In this document: piece after piece, positions 1-12,561 of the stretch
Layout: each line of letters starts with the position of its first letter
Numbering within the stretch: position 1 is the stretch's first letter
From: Enterobacter phage vB_Ent31
Length of the DNA: 64,000 bases
Sequence record: OR567511.1
Reading direction: 5' to 3' (one strand)
Made by a program: the position numbers and the translations under genes
The notes under the pieces: generated by a model
Told to the model about the DNA's origin: nothing
The model's input: the letters and a program-made list of their open reading frames with translations, nothing else
Database searches by the model: none

Positions 1-1
1 A

Positions 2-505
2 AAAGATTCTCAGCCGTCAAGCATCAACGGAAGAATTAAAATTAACCGTGATGAAATTACAGCTCTTAAATCTATTGTTGGTGCAGATACTTCGTCTGGT
101 TTACGTGGACAAGTTGCATGGATTAACCAAGTAGTTGGTATTAATGAAAGCGGAACTCCTGCTCCGTCTAATTCTTTAATTGGACAAATTAATACTTTGA
201 CTACCATGCAAAACCAAATGGCTAATACCATTCAGGATATCCAGGTAGATATTGGTAACAATAACGAAGGTTTAAAAGGCCAAGTAATTCGTTTAAATAG
301 TCTTGTAATGGGTACAAACCCTAACGGTGCTACTGTTGAAGAAAGAGGACTTTTAAACGTAGCAAAAACTCAAGACACTGATATTTCAAATATTAAAACC
401 GAACTTCAAAACTTAATTCCAGAAGCTCCTCGTGATGGAAAAGCTTATGTTCGTAAAGACGGTGCTTGGGTCGACTTAGACACCATTCTTAATCCTACTC
501 CATAA
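2..505 (+). CDS. wac: fibritin (neck whisker) C-terminal part, 5'-truncated by the window edge
   Basis: Frame 2 is open from the window start to the stop at 503-505. Coiled-coil-like repeats are followed by a C-terminal foldon-like motif IPEAPRDGKAYVRKDGAWV, as in T4 fibritin (from memory). A hairpin follows. Confidence 0.8.
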   Translation, partial: KDSQPSSINGRIKINRDEITALKSIVGADTSSGLRGQVAWINQVVGINESGTPAPSNSLIGQINTLTTMQNQMANTIQDIQVDIGNNNEGLKGQVIRLNSLVMGTNPNGATVEERGLLNVAKTQDTDISNIKTELQNLIPEAPRDGKAYVRKDGAWVDLDTILNPTP

Positions 506-508
506 TAA

Positions 509-525
509 AGGGCCTTCGGGCCCTT
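509..525 (+). terminator. GGGCCTTCGGGCCC hairpin, putative rho-independent terminator after wac
   Basis: Perfect 6-bp GC stem with a TTCG loop, immediately 3' of the stop codon. Confidence 0.45.
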
Positions 526-535
526 AGAGGTTTAT

Positions 536-1474
536 ATGGCCGCAAATACCGCACGAAATCCAAAAGAACTTAAAGACGTTATTCTGCGTCGCCTTGGTGC
601 ACCAATCATTAACGTCGAATTAACCGAGGATATGATTTATGATTGTATCCAACGAGCTTTAGAGCTATTCGGTGAATATCATTATGACGGCTTAAACAAA
701 GGCTATCAAGTAATTCATATTGGCGATGACGAAATTGGTCGTGGTCAATTCAAAAATGGTGTGTTTGATTTTTCAGATCGCAACATTTTCGCAGTCACAC
801 AAATTGTTCGTACTAACGTTGGTTCATTAACGAGTATGGACGGCAATGCTACTTATCCATGGTTCACTGATTTCCTATTAGGAATGGCTGGAATTAATGG
901 TGGCATGGGTAGCTCTTGTAATAAAGCTTATGGGCCAAATGCCTTTGGTGCTGACCTTGGCTATTTCACTCAGCTTACAACTTATTGGTCAATGATGCAA
1001 GACATGCTCGCTCCATTACCAGACTTTTGGTTCAACGATGCTACCGGCCAGCTTAAAATTATGGGCAACTTCCAGTTAGGCGATGTAATTGTAGTTGAAT
1101 GCTGGACTAAATCTTATATTGACGTGGACAAAATGATTGGAAATAAAGCTGGATATGGAACAGCAGGCCCAGAAACATCTTGGACTCTTCCTGATGTGTA
1201 TGATAATCCAGATAAGCGTTTGACTGGTTACAGAGCTGGTGAAGAACTTTCAATTGTTCAAGGCTCTTATAACAATCGTTGGGTAAAAGATTATGCTCAT
1301 ATTCTGGCGAAAGAATTACTTGGTCAAGTATTAGCTCGTCACCAAGGCATGCAACTTCCAGGTGGTGTCACATTAAATGGTGAACGCTTAATTGAAGAAG
1401 CTCGATTAGAAAAAGAATATGCTTTAGAACAGCTTTACTTACTTGACCCTCCAACAGGAGTACTTGTAGGATGA
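536..1474 (+). CDS. 13: neck protein gp13
   Basis: 312 aa. N-terminus ...[23 protein letters not shown] matches T4 gp13 (from memory). AGAGG sits upstream of the ATG. Position between wac and 14. Confidence 0.9.
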   Translation: MAANTARNPKELKDVILRRLGAPIINVELTEDMIYDCIQRALELFGEYHYDGLNKGYQVIHIGDDEIGRGQFKNGVFDFSDRNIFAVTQIVRTNVGSLTSMDGNATYPWFTDFLLGMAGINGGMGSSCNKAYGPNAFGADLGYFTQLTTYWSMMQDMLAPLPDFWFNDATGQLKIMGNFQLGDVIVVECWTKSYIDVDKMIGNKAGYGTAGPETSWTLPDVYDNPDKRLTGYRAGEELSIVQGSYNNRWVKDYAHILAKELLGQVLARHQGMQLPGGVTLNGERLIEEARLEKEYALEQLYLLDPPTGVLVG

Positions 1475-2271
1475 TGAATAAAAATTTGTTCGCGAAGCTC
1501 GAGAACAAATCAGGTTATTCACGCACTAATGAAGAGGAAGTTCTCAATCCATATGTGAACTTCCATAATCATTTTAACACCCAAGCTCTGTTTGATACTC
1601 TTGTGGCTGAAAGTATTCAAATGCGTGGGGTTAAATGCTACTACGTTCCGCGTGAATATGTAAAACCTGACTACGTCTTTGGTGAAGACCTTCAGTCCAA
1701 GTTCACTAAAGCTTGGCAATTTGCAGCTTACATTAACTCATTTGAGGGTTATGAAGGAGCAAATACATTTTATAGCAAGTTCGGAATGCAGGTTAATGAT
1801 GAAGTTACTTTGTCAATTAACCCAGGTCTCTTTAAGCATCAAGTAAATGGGCAAGAACCTAAGGAAGGAGACTTAATTTACTTTCCGATGGACAACAGCT
1901 TGTTTGAAATTTCTTGGGTAGAGCCGTATGACCCATTCTATCAAGCCGGACGAAATGCTATTCGTAAGATTACAGCAGAAAAATTCATTTACTCTGGCGA
2001 GCAGCTTAAACCTGAGCTTCAGCGTAATGATGGAATTAACATTCCTGAATTTAGCGAGCTTGATTTAGACCCTATTCATGAATTAGACGGTCTTTCTGAT
2101 ATCAATGAAGTTCCGTATCAAGAAGTAGACCAAATGAATGATGAAGCTGATAAAGATGTTAAGCAATACGAAGTCGTTAATGGTACCGGTTCACCTAAGG
2201 TAGAACCACCAAGAAACAGACCACCTGCTAATCATGTAGCATCTCCATTTGATGATGGTTTTATGCTATAA
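1471..2271 (+). CDS. 14: neck protein gp14
   Basis: 266 aa. ATGATG stop/start overlap with gene 13. Synteny between 13 and 15. Acidic C-terminus. Confidence 0.8.
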   Translation: MMNKNLFAKLENKSGYSRTNEEEVLNPYVNFHNHFNTQALFDTLVAESIQMRGVKCYYVPREYVKPDYVFGEDLQSKFTKAWQFAAYINSFEGYEGANTFYSKFGMQVNDEVTLSINPGLFKHQVNGQEPKEGDLIYFPMDNSLFEISWVEPYDPFYQAGRNAIRKITAEKFIYSGEQLKPELQRNDGINIPEFSELDLDPIHELDGLSDINEVPYQEVDQMNDEADKDVKQYEVVNGTGSPKVEPPRNRPPANHVASPFDDGFML

Positions 2272-2274
2272 ATA
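2267..2274 (+). promoter_or_regulatory. T4-type late promoter motif TATAAATA upstream of gene 15
   Basis: Exact TATAAATA about 40 nt upstream of the gene 15 ATG. Confidence 0.45.
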
Positions 2275-2288
2275 GTTAAAAGCATATA

Positions 2289-2304
2289 CGGCTCTTCGGA
2301 GCCG
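2289..2304 (+). terminator. CGGCTCTTCGGAGCCG hairpin after gene 14
   Basis: 6-bp stem with a TTCG loop. Confidence 0.4.
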
Positions 2305-2316
2305 TTAGGAGAAACA

Positions 2317-3146
2317 ATGTTCGGATATTTTTATAACTCGTCTTTGCGCAGATACATCCTAATGCTGGGTGACTTGTTCTCCAATATTCAAGTTCAGAGA
2401 GTGCGCGAAGACATAGGCAAGACATATATCAGAGTTCCAATTACTTACGCTTCTAAAGAACATTTTATGATGAAGCTGAATAAATGGACTTCTGTTAATA
2501 ACGAAGATGGTCCTGCGAAAGTAGAGACAATTCTTCCACGTATCAACCTTCATTTAGTTGATATGATGTACAACCCAACTTATAAGACTGGACAACTTAA
2601 TCGTTCAGCAATGAGCAATCCTAATTCGAAGACTGGGACTATTTCTCAATATAACCCAACTCCGATTAAAATGATTTTTGAGCTTGGAATTTTTACTCGT
2701 CACCAGGACGATATGTTTCAAATTGTAGAGCAAATTATGCCCTACTTCCAACCTCATTTTAACACCACAATGACTGAACTATTCGAAAACGAAATTACAT
2801 TTGAAAGAGATATAAGAATAACTTTCCAATCTATTTCAATTGACGAACAAATCGATGGAGACAAACAATCTAGAAGAAGATTAGAATGGTCCATCATGTT
2901 TGAAGTGAATGGTTGGCTTTATCCTCCAGCTTTCGATTTAAGTGGTGAAATCCGTACAATTTATCTTGATTTCCATGCTAACAGTCGTGAATTGGTAAAT
3001 GAAGGTGTATTTGAATCTGTGGATTCTGAAGTAGACCCGCGCGATGTTGAAATTGAAGATTGGGACGGAAAATCTATTCAGAAATATGACAGCGATTCAA
3101 CTCCAATTCCAAAAGAGCCTGAACCGCCTGGACCACGAGGTGTATA

Positions 3147-3147
<1 letters not shown>
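2317..3147 (+). CDS. 15: tail sheath stabiliser / tail completion protein gp15
   Basis: 276 aa. AGGAGA RBS. Synteny between 14 and 16. Confidence 0.8.
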
Positions 3148-5463
<2,316 letters not shown>

Positions 5464-5493
5464 TACTAAAGCACACATGTAGAGGAATTCTTA

Positions 5494-7476
5494 ATGGCTT
5501 TATTATCTCCGGGCGTTGAGCTCAAAGAAACTAGTGTACAAAGCACTATTGTTAATAATGCTACTGGGCGTGCGGCCCTGGCTGGTAAATTCCAGTGGGG
5601 TCCGGTTGGTCAAGTTGTTCAAGTGACTAACGAAGTCGAATTAGTCGATATTTTCGGCACTCCAGATAGCGAAACTGCTGATTACTTTATGTCAGCAATG
5701 AACTTCCTGCAATATGGCAATGATCTTCGTATTTCTCGTGCAGTAAATCGCGAAGTAGCTAAAAACTCATCTCCAATTGCTGGGAACGTTGAAATTACCA
5801 TTTCTGCTGCGGGTTCAAACTATGCTGTAGGCGATACCGTTCGAGTTAAATACAACGTAAACGTTATTGAATCAGCTGGTAAAGTTACTGCGGTTGATGG
5901 TAACGGTGGTATTGTTTCAGTTTCAGTACCAAGCGCAAAAATTATTGCATACGCAAAATCAATTAATCAATACCCTGGCCTTGGAGCAAACTGGACTGCT
6001 GAAGTTACTTCTGCATCTTCTGGCGTAGCTGCAACTCTGGCTGTTGGAAAAATTGTAACTGATTCTGGTGTTCTTTTAACTGAGCCAGAAACTGCTACTG
6101 AGCAAATGACTTCGGTCGAATTCCAAGCTGCTTTGAAAACTTATGGCATGCCAGGTATCGCTGCTCTTTATCCAGGTGAACTTGGTTCTCAATTAGAAAT
6201 TGAAATTGTTTCTAAAGCTGGATTTGAACAAGGTGCAAGCGCTCAATTACAAATTTATCCTGCTGGCGGAACTCGTGTTTCTACTGCTCGTGCAGTATTT
6301 GGATACGGTCCTCAGTCAGATGACCAATATTGCATTATCGTTCGTCGTGACGGAGCAATTGTAGAAAGCTTTGTTCTTTCAACTAAACGCGGTTCTAAGG
6401 ACGTTTACGGAAATAACATCTTCATTGATGATTTCTTCTCTAAGGGTTCAAGCAATTATATCTTCGCTACTGCTGAAGGCTGGCCAACTGGATTCTCTGG
6501 TATTGTTCAGCTGTCAGGAGGCGTATCTGCAAACGAATCAGTTACAGCTGGTGATGTAATGCAGGCATGGGATTTATTTGCTGACCGTGAAGCTCTGCAT
6601 GTCAATCTCTTGATTGCAGGTGCATGTGCTGGTGAAGATGACGAATTTGCATCTACTGTTCAAAAACATGTAGTATCAATTGCTGATGAACGCCAAGACT
6701 GTCTGGCTCTTATTTCTCCTCCACGTAGTGTGTTGGTAAATATTCCTCTGACTCGTGCAATTGATAACTTAGTCGATTGGCGTACAGGTACTGGAACTTA
6801 TGCAGATGCAAATATGAACATCAGTTCTACTTACGCATCTATCGACGGTAACTACAAATATCAGTATGACAAATACAATGATGTTAACCGTTGGGTTCCG
6901 TTAGCTGCTGATATGGCTGGTCTGTGTGCTCGTACTGATAATGTCAGTCAACCTTGGATGTCTCCAGCTGGTTATAACCGTGGACAGATTCTGAACGTCA
7001 TTAAATTGGCAATCGAACCTCGTCAGAGCCAACGTGACCGTCTGTATCAGGAAGCAATTAACCCTGTTACTGGCACCGGTGGTGACGGATTCGTTCTGTT
7101 CGGCGATAAGACTGCAACCAAAGTTCCTACTCCGTTTGACCGCATCAACGTACGTCGTCTGTTCAACATGCTGAAAACGAATATTGGAAACGCTTCTAAA
7201 TATCGTCTGTTCGAGATGAACGACAACTTCACTCGTTCAAGCTTCCGTATGGAAACTTCTCAGTACCTGTCTGGAATTAAATCTCTGGGTGGTGTATATG
7301 AATTCCGTGTGGTGTGTGATACTACGAACAACACGCCTGCTGTAATCGACCGCAATGAATTTGTTGCGTCGTTCTACATCAAGCCAGCTCGTTCTATCAA
7401 CTACATCACTCTGAACTTCGTTGCTACTGCTACGGGTGCTGATTTCGATGAACTGATTGGACCACAAGCTCAATAA
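5494..7476 (+). CDS. 18: contractile tail sheath protein gp18
   Basis: 660 aa. GAGGAA RBS. Sequence and size match T4 gp18 (from memory). Confidence 0.95.
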   Translation: MALLSPGVELKETSVQSTIVNNATGRAALAGKFQWGPVGQVVQVTNEVELVDIFGTPDSETADYFMSAMNFLQYGNDLRISRAVNREVAKNSSPIAGNVEITISAAGSNYAVGDTVRVKYNVNVIESAGKVTAVDGNGGIVSVSVPSAKIIAYAKSINQYPGLGANWTAEVTSASSGVAATLAVGKIVTDSGVLLTEPETATEQMTSVEFQAALKTYGMPGIAALYPGELGSQLEIEIVSKAGFEQGASAQLQIYPAGGTRVSTARAVFGYGPQSDDQYCIIVRRDGAIVESFVLSTKRGSKDVYGNNIFIDDFFSKGSSNYIFATAEGWPTGFSGIVQLSGGVSANESVTAGDVMQAWDLFADREALHVNLLIAGACAGEDDEFASTVQKHVVSIADERQDCLALISPPRSVLVNIPLTRAIDNLVDWRTGTGTYADANMNISSTYASIDGNYKYQYDKYNDVNRWVPLAADMAGLCARTDNVSQPWMSPAGYNRGQILNVIKLAIEPRQSQRDRLYQEAINPVTGTGGDGFVLFGDKTATKVPTPFDRINVRRLFNMLKTNIGNASKYRLFEMNDNFTRSSFRMETSQYLSGIKSLGGVYEFRVVCDTTNNTPAVIDRNEFVASFYIKPARSINYITLNFVATATGADFDELIGPQAQ

Positions 7477-7491
7477 TTCTAAGACACTTAG

Positions 7492-7510
7492 GGACCTTCG
7501 ATAGGAGGTC
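7492..7510 (+). terminator. GGACCT...AGGTCC hairpin after gene 18
   Basis: 6-bp stem with a 7-nt loop, 16 nt after the stop. Confidence 0.4.
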
Positions 7511-7584
7511 CATAAATACAATCATCTTAGGAAAACTAATTCATCTCGGCCGCTCTGGTGAATCAGAGCGGTATAAATATTCGT

Positions 7585-8277
7585 ATGATAAAGAATAACT
7601 TTCATCTCGTAAAAGTTTCAAACCGCAATTTAGCTAAATTAAAATCTCTTGGATATTCTGTTAAAAGCGGAGAATACGTTCAAGTAAAAACTGAACATGC
7701 TCCTGGAAAACTTAAAATAGCTTGCGTTTGTGATAAATGCGGAATTGAATATTCTGTAACAAACGAAAAATTAAATGATATAGCATCTAGTTATTGCAAA
7801 ATCCATCGATGGGAGAAATATGGAGAAATTCGTAAAGATTTCCATTCAACCCCTCAAGGTAAAGCGGTAGCCAAAAATAGAGGTGATGCTATATCCAAGA
7901 ATCGTGTTGGTAAAGGGTTAAAACCTGAATCACATTGGATTGACAAAAAGAAATATCATCAATACTGTATGAGTGTTAAAAGACACCAATATAAATTCAA
8001 TAAGTTAATTCAAGAACTTCCAGGATTTTCTTCTATTGGATTAAATGGTATTGAAGGTGCTACACAAATTGACCATATCGTCTCAAAAAGATTTGGTTAC
8101 GATAATTCAGTGCCTCCTGAAATTATAGGTCATATTTGCAATTTACAGATAATTCCTTGGAAGAAAAATTTGGAAAAATCTGATACTAACGGTATGACGT
8201 TAGAAAATCTTTTAACACTAATTGATAAATATGAAGGAAAATCTCATGGAGTTAACAGACCTCACGAGAGCATTTGA
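7585..8277 (+). mobile_element. free-standing HNH homing endonuclease gene inserted between genes 18 and 19
   Basis: C-terminal HNH motif IDHIVSKRFGYDN...GHICNLQIIPWKKN. N-terminal Cys cluster CVCDKCG...CKIH. The ORF track starts at GTG 7558; the first ATG is at 7585. TATAAATA lies at 7573-7580. The 3' end overlaps the gene 19 start. Confidence 0.7.
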
Positions 8278-8737
8278 ATCCGGTGATTTCGCGCGTCCTA
8301 ACTTGTTTGAGGTAGAAATTCCTTATCTCGGTAAGAACTTCAGCTTCAAATGTAAAGCAGCTCCACTGCCTGCTGGTATCGTTGAAAAAATTCCGGTCGG
8401 TTATATGAACCGTAAACTTAACGTTGCCGGTGACCGTACATTCGACGATTGGACCGTGACTATCTATAACGATGATGCTCATAATACTCGTCAAGCTATT
8501 GTTGAATGGCAGGGTATTGCAGCAGGTCAGGGTAATGAAATTACTGGTGGCTCGCCTGCAGAGTATAAGAAAAAAGCAATTGTCCGTCAATTCGCACGTG
8601 ATAGTAAAACAATTACTCGTGAAATTGAAATTACGGGCGTTTGGCCAACTAACGTTGGTGAAGTCCAGCTCGACTGGGATTCAAACAACGAAGTTGAGAC
8701 CTTTGAAGTAACATTCTGTCTCGACTGGTGGTTGTAA
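8246..8737 (+). CDS. 19: tail tube protein gp19
   Basis: Start is reassigned to the ATG at 8246 (MELTDLTRAFESGDFARPNLFEVEIPYLG...), preceded by GAAGGAAAA. Strong identity to T4 gp19 (from memory). Confidence 0.9.
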   Translation: MELTDLTRAFESGDFARPNLFEVEIPYLGKNFSFKCKAAPLPAGIVEKIPVGYMNRKLNVAGDRTFDDWTVTIYNDDAHNTRQAIVEWQGIAAGQGNEITGGSPAEYKKKAIVRQFARDSKTITREIEITGVWPTNVGEVQLDWDSNNEVETFEVTFCLDWWL

Positions 8738-8738
8738 A

Positions 8739-8760
8739 ATGTGGGCCTTCGGGCCCATAT
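8739..8760 (+). terminator. TGGGCCTTCGGGCCCA hairpin after gene 19
   Basis: GC stem with a TTCG loop directly after the stop. Confidence 0.45.
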
Positions 8761-8797
8761 AAATATTAGTATGCTTTAACCCTTATTGGAGACTCTA

Positions 8798-10366
8798 ATG
8801 AAATTTGACGTCTTAAGTTTGTTCGCGCCGTGGGCCAAAGTCGACGAACAGGAATACGACCAGCAGCTAAATAATAATTTAGAGTCTATCACGGCCCCTA
8901 AATTTGATGACGGCGCGACAGAGATTGAATCGGAACGTGGAGACATTGCAGGCGCTGGATTATTCCAGAGAATGTACGGTCAAAATGAACCGGGAATGAA
9001 AAACACCAGGGAGCTTATCGATACTTACCGTCAGTTAATGAATAACTACGAAGTAGATAACGCTGTCCAAGAAATCGTCTTAGATGCAATTGTATACGAA
9101 GATGATCATCCAGTGGTTTCATTGGATTTAGATAACACTGATTTTAGCCAGGCGATTAAAGACCGTTTACAAGAAGAATTTAACGAAGTTCTTACTTGTC
9201 TGAATTTTGAAAGAAAGGGTCTTGACCATTTCCGTCGCTGGTATGTCGATTCTCGTATCTTCTTCCATAAAATTATTAACCCTAAAAAACCGAAAGAAGG
9301 TATTCAAGAGCTTCGTCGTTTAGACCCTCGCAATATTCAGTTCGTTCGTGAAGTTATCACTGACACTGAAGCGGGCGTGAAAATTGTTAAAGGCTACAAA
9401 GAATATTTCGTTTATAACACCGGTCACGAGTCTTATCAATGCGACGGTCGAATTTACGACGCTGGAACGAAAATTAAAATTCCAAAGGCTGCAGTTGTTT
9501 ATGCACACTCTGGATTAGTTGATTGTTCAGGAAGAAACATCATCGGTTATTTGCACCGAGCTGTTAAACCTGCTAACCAGCTTAAACTGCTTGAAGACGC
9601 AATGGTGATTTATCGTATTACACGTGCGCCAGACCGTCGAGTATTTTACATTGACACAGGGAACATGCCTTCCCGTAAAGCTGCTGCTCATATGCAACAC
9701 ATCATGAACACCATGAAAAACCGTGTGGTATATGATGCATCTACTGGTAAAATTAAAAACCAGCAGCACAATATGTCAATGACAGAAGATTATTGGTTAC
9801 AGCGCCGAGATGGTAAAGCTGTTACTGAAATTGATAATATGCCTGGTGCTTCAGGCATGAACGAAATGGACGATGTCCGTTGGTTCAAGAACAACCTTTA
9901 CCAAGCATTACGTGTTCCACTGTCTCGTATCCCGAATGACCAACAAAGTGGAGTTCAGTTTGATGCTGGAACTGGAATTACACGTGACGAGTTACAATTT
10001 GCTAAATTCATTCGTGAACTGCAGCATAAGTTTGAAGAAATTTTCCTCGACCCTCTTAAAACAAACCTTATTTTGAAAGGCGTAATGAGCGAAGATGATT
10101 GGAAAGATGAAATAAATAACATTAAGATAGTATTTCATCGTGACAGTTACTTCACTGAACTTAAAGATGCTGAAGTCACTGAACGCAGATTCAATATGCT
10201 TCAAATGGCCGAACCGTTTATCGGTAAGTATATTTCTCATCAGACTGCAATGAAGACTATTCTTCAAATGACTGATGAACAAATTGACCAAGAGGCTAAG
10301 CAAATTGAGCTAGAGTCTAAAGAGGCTCGTTTCCAAGACCCAGACCAAGAACAAGAGGATTTCTAA
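8798..10366 (+). CDS. 20: portal vertex protein gp20
   Basis: Start is reassigned to the ATG at 8798 ([14 protein letters not shown]), preceded by GGAG; the ORF-track start at 8786 is a TTG. Near-identical to T4 gp20 over long stretches (from memory). TATAAATA lies at 8758-8765. Confidence 0.95.
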   Translation: MKFDVLSLFAPWAKVDEQEYDQQLNNNLESITAPKFDDGATEIESERGDIAGAGLFQRMYGQNEPGMKNTRELIDTYRQLMNNYEVDNAVQEIVLDAIVYEDDHPVVSLDLDNTDFSQAIKDRLQEEFNEVLTCLNFERKGLDHFRRWYVDSRIFFHKIINPKKPKEGIQELRRLDPRNIQFVREVITDTEAGVKIVKGYKEYFVYNTGHESYQCDGRIYDAGTKIKIPKAAVVYAHSGLVDCSGRNIIGYLHRAVKPANQLKLLEDAMVIYRITRAPDRRVFYIDTGNMPSRKAAAHMQHIMNTMKNRVVYDASTGKIKNQQHNMSMTEDYWLQRRDGKAVTEIDNMPGASGMNEMDDVRWFKNNLYQALRVPLSRIPNDQQSGVQFDAGTGITRDELQFAKFIRELQHKFEEIFLDPLKTNLILKGVMSEDDWKDEINNIKIVFHRDSYFTELKDAEVTERRFNMLQMAEPFIGKYISHQTAMKTILQMTDEQIDQEAKQIELESKEARFQDPDQEQEDF

Positions 10367-10614
10367 TGGAAGATTTCATCTCCGCACTCAAATCCAACGA
10401 CCTCGTTAAAGCTAAGAAAGCCTTTGGTGCTATTATGCTTGAACAGACCGCTGATTTGATTAGCCAACGTCGTGTTGAGATTGCCCAATCTATTATGATT
10501 GAAGGCGAAGAAAAAGAAGACGACGAAGACGAGAATGATGATTCTGAAGATGAAGGTAAAGAAAAACCTGAATCTAAAGATGAAAAAGATTCTGAAGACG
10601 AAGACGAAGAATAA
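10366..10614 (+). CDS. 67: prohead core protein gp67
   Basis: 82 aa with an acidic tail. TAATG overlap with gene 20. Synteny. Confidence 0.7.
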   Translation: MEDFISALKSNDLVKAKKAFGAIMLEQTADLISQRRVEIAQSIMIEGEEKEDDEDENDDSEDEGKEKPESKDEKDSEDEDEE

Positions 10615-10623
10615 GGAGTCGCA

Positions 10624-11049
10624 ATGCTGATTGTTCCTGATGAGTACGAAGTCGTACTTGAAAACATCGAAGCAGCTATTCCTGAAGCCGAATCTCGTTT
10701 TAAGCAGTTGTCAGAAGCTCTCGATAAAGCAGACATAAATACAATTGTAGAAAACATGTTGCCAATTGAACCTGAAGTAGCAATTGCTATGGGTTCACTG
10801 AATGAAGAAATGCAGCTCAATGAATTTATCGTTAAGCATGTTTCTTCTCGTGGAGAAATTACGCGTACTAAAGACCGTAAAACCCGCGAGCGCCAAGCAT
10901 TCCAAACAACTGGTTTATCTAAAGCTAAACGTCGCGCTATCGCTCGAAAAGTCGTTAAGTCCAAACGCGCTAATCCGTCTGGTACTGTACGAGGCAACCG
11001 CAAACGTAAGAAAGCTATGAAACGTCGTCAGGCGTTAGGATTAAGCTAA
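10624..11049 (+). CDS. 68: prohead core protein gp68
   Basis: 141 aa with a basic C-terminus. AAGGAG RBS. Synteny between 67 and 21. Confidence 0.7.
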   Translation: MLIVPDEYEVVLENIEAAIPEAESRFKQLSEALDKADINTIVENMLPIEPEVAIAMGSLNEEMQLNEFIVKHVSSRGEITRTKDRKTRERQAFQTTGLSKAKRRAIARKVVKSKRANPSGTVRGNRKRKKAMKRRQALGLS

Positions 11050-11690
11050 TGAATGAACCCCAATTACTCATTGAGCATTGGGGTCAACCCGGCGAAATTT
11101 TGAATGGCGTACCGATGCTTGAGTCATACGATGGCTCAGATGCAGGGCTAAAACCTGGATTATACATCGAAGGCGTGTTCATGCAAGCCGAAGTAGTTAA
11201 CCGAAATAAGCGTCTTTATCCAAAGAGAGTATTGGAAAAAGCCGTAGCTAATTATATTAAAGAGCAGGTTTCTACTAAACAAGCACTTGGAGAATTAAAT
11301 CACCCACCACGTGCTAACGTTGACCCGATGCAAGCCGCAATCATCATCGAAGATATGTGGTGGAAAGGAAACGATGTTTATGGACGAGCTCGTATTATTG
11401 AAGGTGACCATGGTCCTGGAGATAAACTCGCTGCAAACATTCGTGCTGGCTGGATTCCTGGAGTATCTAGTCGTGGACTAGGCTCATTAACGGAAACCAA
11501 TAAAGGCTACCGTATCGTAAACGAAGGATTTAAACTCACCGTTGGTGTTGATGCTGTGTGGGGACCTTCTGCACCAGATGCTTGGGTAACTCCGAAGCAG
11601 ATTTCGGAATCCGCTGAGGCGCAAGTCGCCAAAAAGAATGACGATGAGTCATTTAAAGCTCTCGTAGAGAGTCTCGAAAAAGCATTATAA
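11049..11690 (+). CDS. 21: prohead core scaffold / maturation protease gp21
   Basis: 213 aa. TAATG overlap with gene 68. Position and size fit T4 gp21. Confidence 0.85.
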   Translation: MNEPQLLIEHWGQPGEILNGVPMLESYDGSDAGLKPGLYIEGVFMQAEVVNRNKRLYPKRVLEKAVANYIKEQVSTKQALGELNHPPRANVDPMQAAIIIEDMWWKGNDVYGRARIIEGDHGPGDKLAANIRAGWIPGVSSRGLGSLTETNKGYRIVNEGFKLTVGVDAVWGPSAPDAWVTPKQISESAEAQVAKKNDDESFKALVESLEKAL

Positions 11691-11692
11691 AT
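11685..11692 (+). promoter_or_regulatory. late promoter motif TATAAATA upstream of gene 22
   Basis: Exact motif 32 nt upstream of the ATG at 11724. Confidence 0.45.
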
Positions 11693-11723
11693 AATAATGT
11701 AACTTAACAACAGGACTAACAAA

Positions 11724-12539
11724 ATGCTGAAAGACATCCTGCTCCAGGAAGCTCAGAATATTGAAGCTACCGTAGCTGTGGACAGTATTTTCGAATCGGT
11801 CGAGCTTTCTCCGGAAGTAAAAGCGAAGTTCGAAACTGTATTCGAAGCAACTGTAAAGAAACATGCCGTTGAATTGGCTGAATCCCACATTACCAAAATT
11901 GCTGAAATGGCTGACGAAAAGCTGAAAGACGCTAAAGAAGAAGCCGAAGAAAAAGCTGAAAAGAAACTGACCGAACATGCTTCACGTTTCTTCAATCACA
12001 TCGCTCAAGAATGGATGAACGAAAACAAACTGGCTGTTGATAAAGGCATCAAAGCTGAACTGTTTGAATCCATGTTCGCTGGTATGAAAGAACTGTTCGT
12101 TGAACACAACGTTGTTCTGCCAGAAGAATCAGTTGATGTAGTTGCTGAAATGGAAGAAGAACTGGCTGAAGCTCGTGAAGAAATCAGCAATCTGTTCGAA
12201 GGTATTTCTGCTCGCGACGAAAAAATTAATACCATGCTGCGTGAAAGCGCTGTAATGGAATCAACTAAAGACTTGACCGACGTTCAGAAAGAGAAAGTAG
12301 CTTCTCTGACCGAAGGTATGGAATATTCCGACGAATTCTCAAGTAAGCTGTCTGCCATCGTCGAAATGGTTAAAGGCTCCGTCGAGAAAGAGGTAGTAAA
12401 TGAAAGCATAAATACTACCGACAATGATGCTGACGGTCTCAACTTCATTACTGAAGAACACATTGAGCCAGAAGAAAAAGTATCAAAACAGCCATCGATG
12501 ATGGACGCATACGTAGCCTCTGCGGCACGTCTTTCTTAA
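11724..12539 (+). CDS. 22: prohead core scaffold protein gp22
   Basis: 271 aa. Glu/Lys-rich coiled-coil. Synteny before gene 23. Confidence 0.85.
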   Translation: MLKDILLQEAQNIEATVAVDSIFESVELSPEVKAKFETVFEATVKKHAVELAESHITKIAEMADEKLKDAKEEAEEKAEKKLTEHASRFFNHIAQEWMNENKLAVDKGIKAELFESMFAGMKELFVEHNVVLPEESVDVVAEMEEELAEAREEISNLFEGISARDEKINTMLRESAVMESTKDLTDVQKEKVASLTEGMEYSDEFSSKLSAIVEMVKGSVEKEVVNESINTTDNDADGLNFITEEHIEPEEKVSKQPSMMDAYVASAARLS

Positions 12540-12561
12540 TTTTTAAAAGGTTATAAAACAC

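Noticed and set aside
8786-8797. ORF-track N-terminal extensions using TTG/GTG starts
   Set aside because: Affected starts are 8786 for gene 20, 7558 for the HNH gene, 44461 and 34277. In each case an ATG with a Shine-Dalgarno sequence lies further downstream, and it matches the T4 N-terminus where known.
10317-11003. 228-aa Ser-rich ORF on the minus strand
   Set aside because: It is antisense to the 3' end of gene 20 and to genes 67 and 68. Low-complexity translation of the complementary strand of acidic repeat codons.
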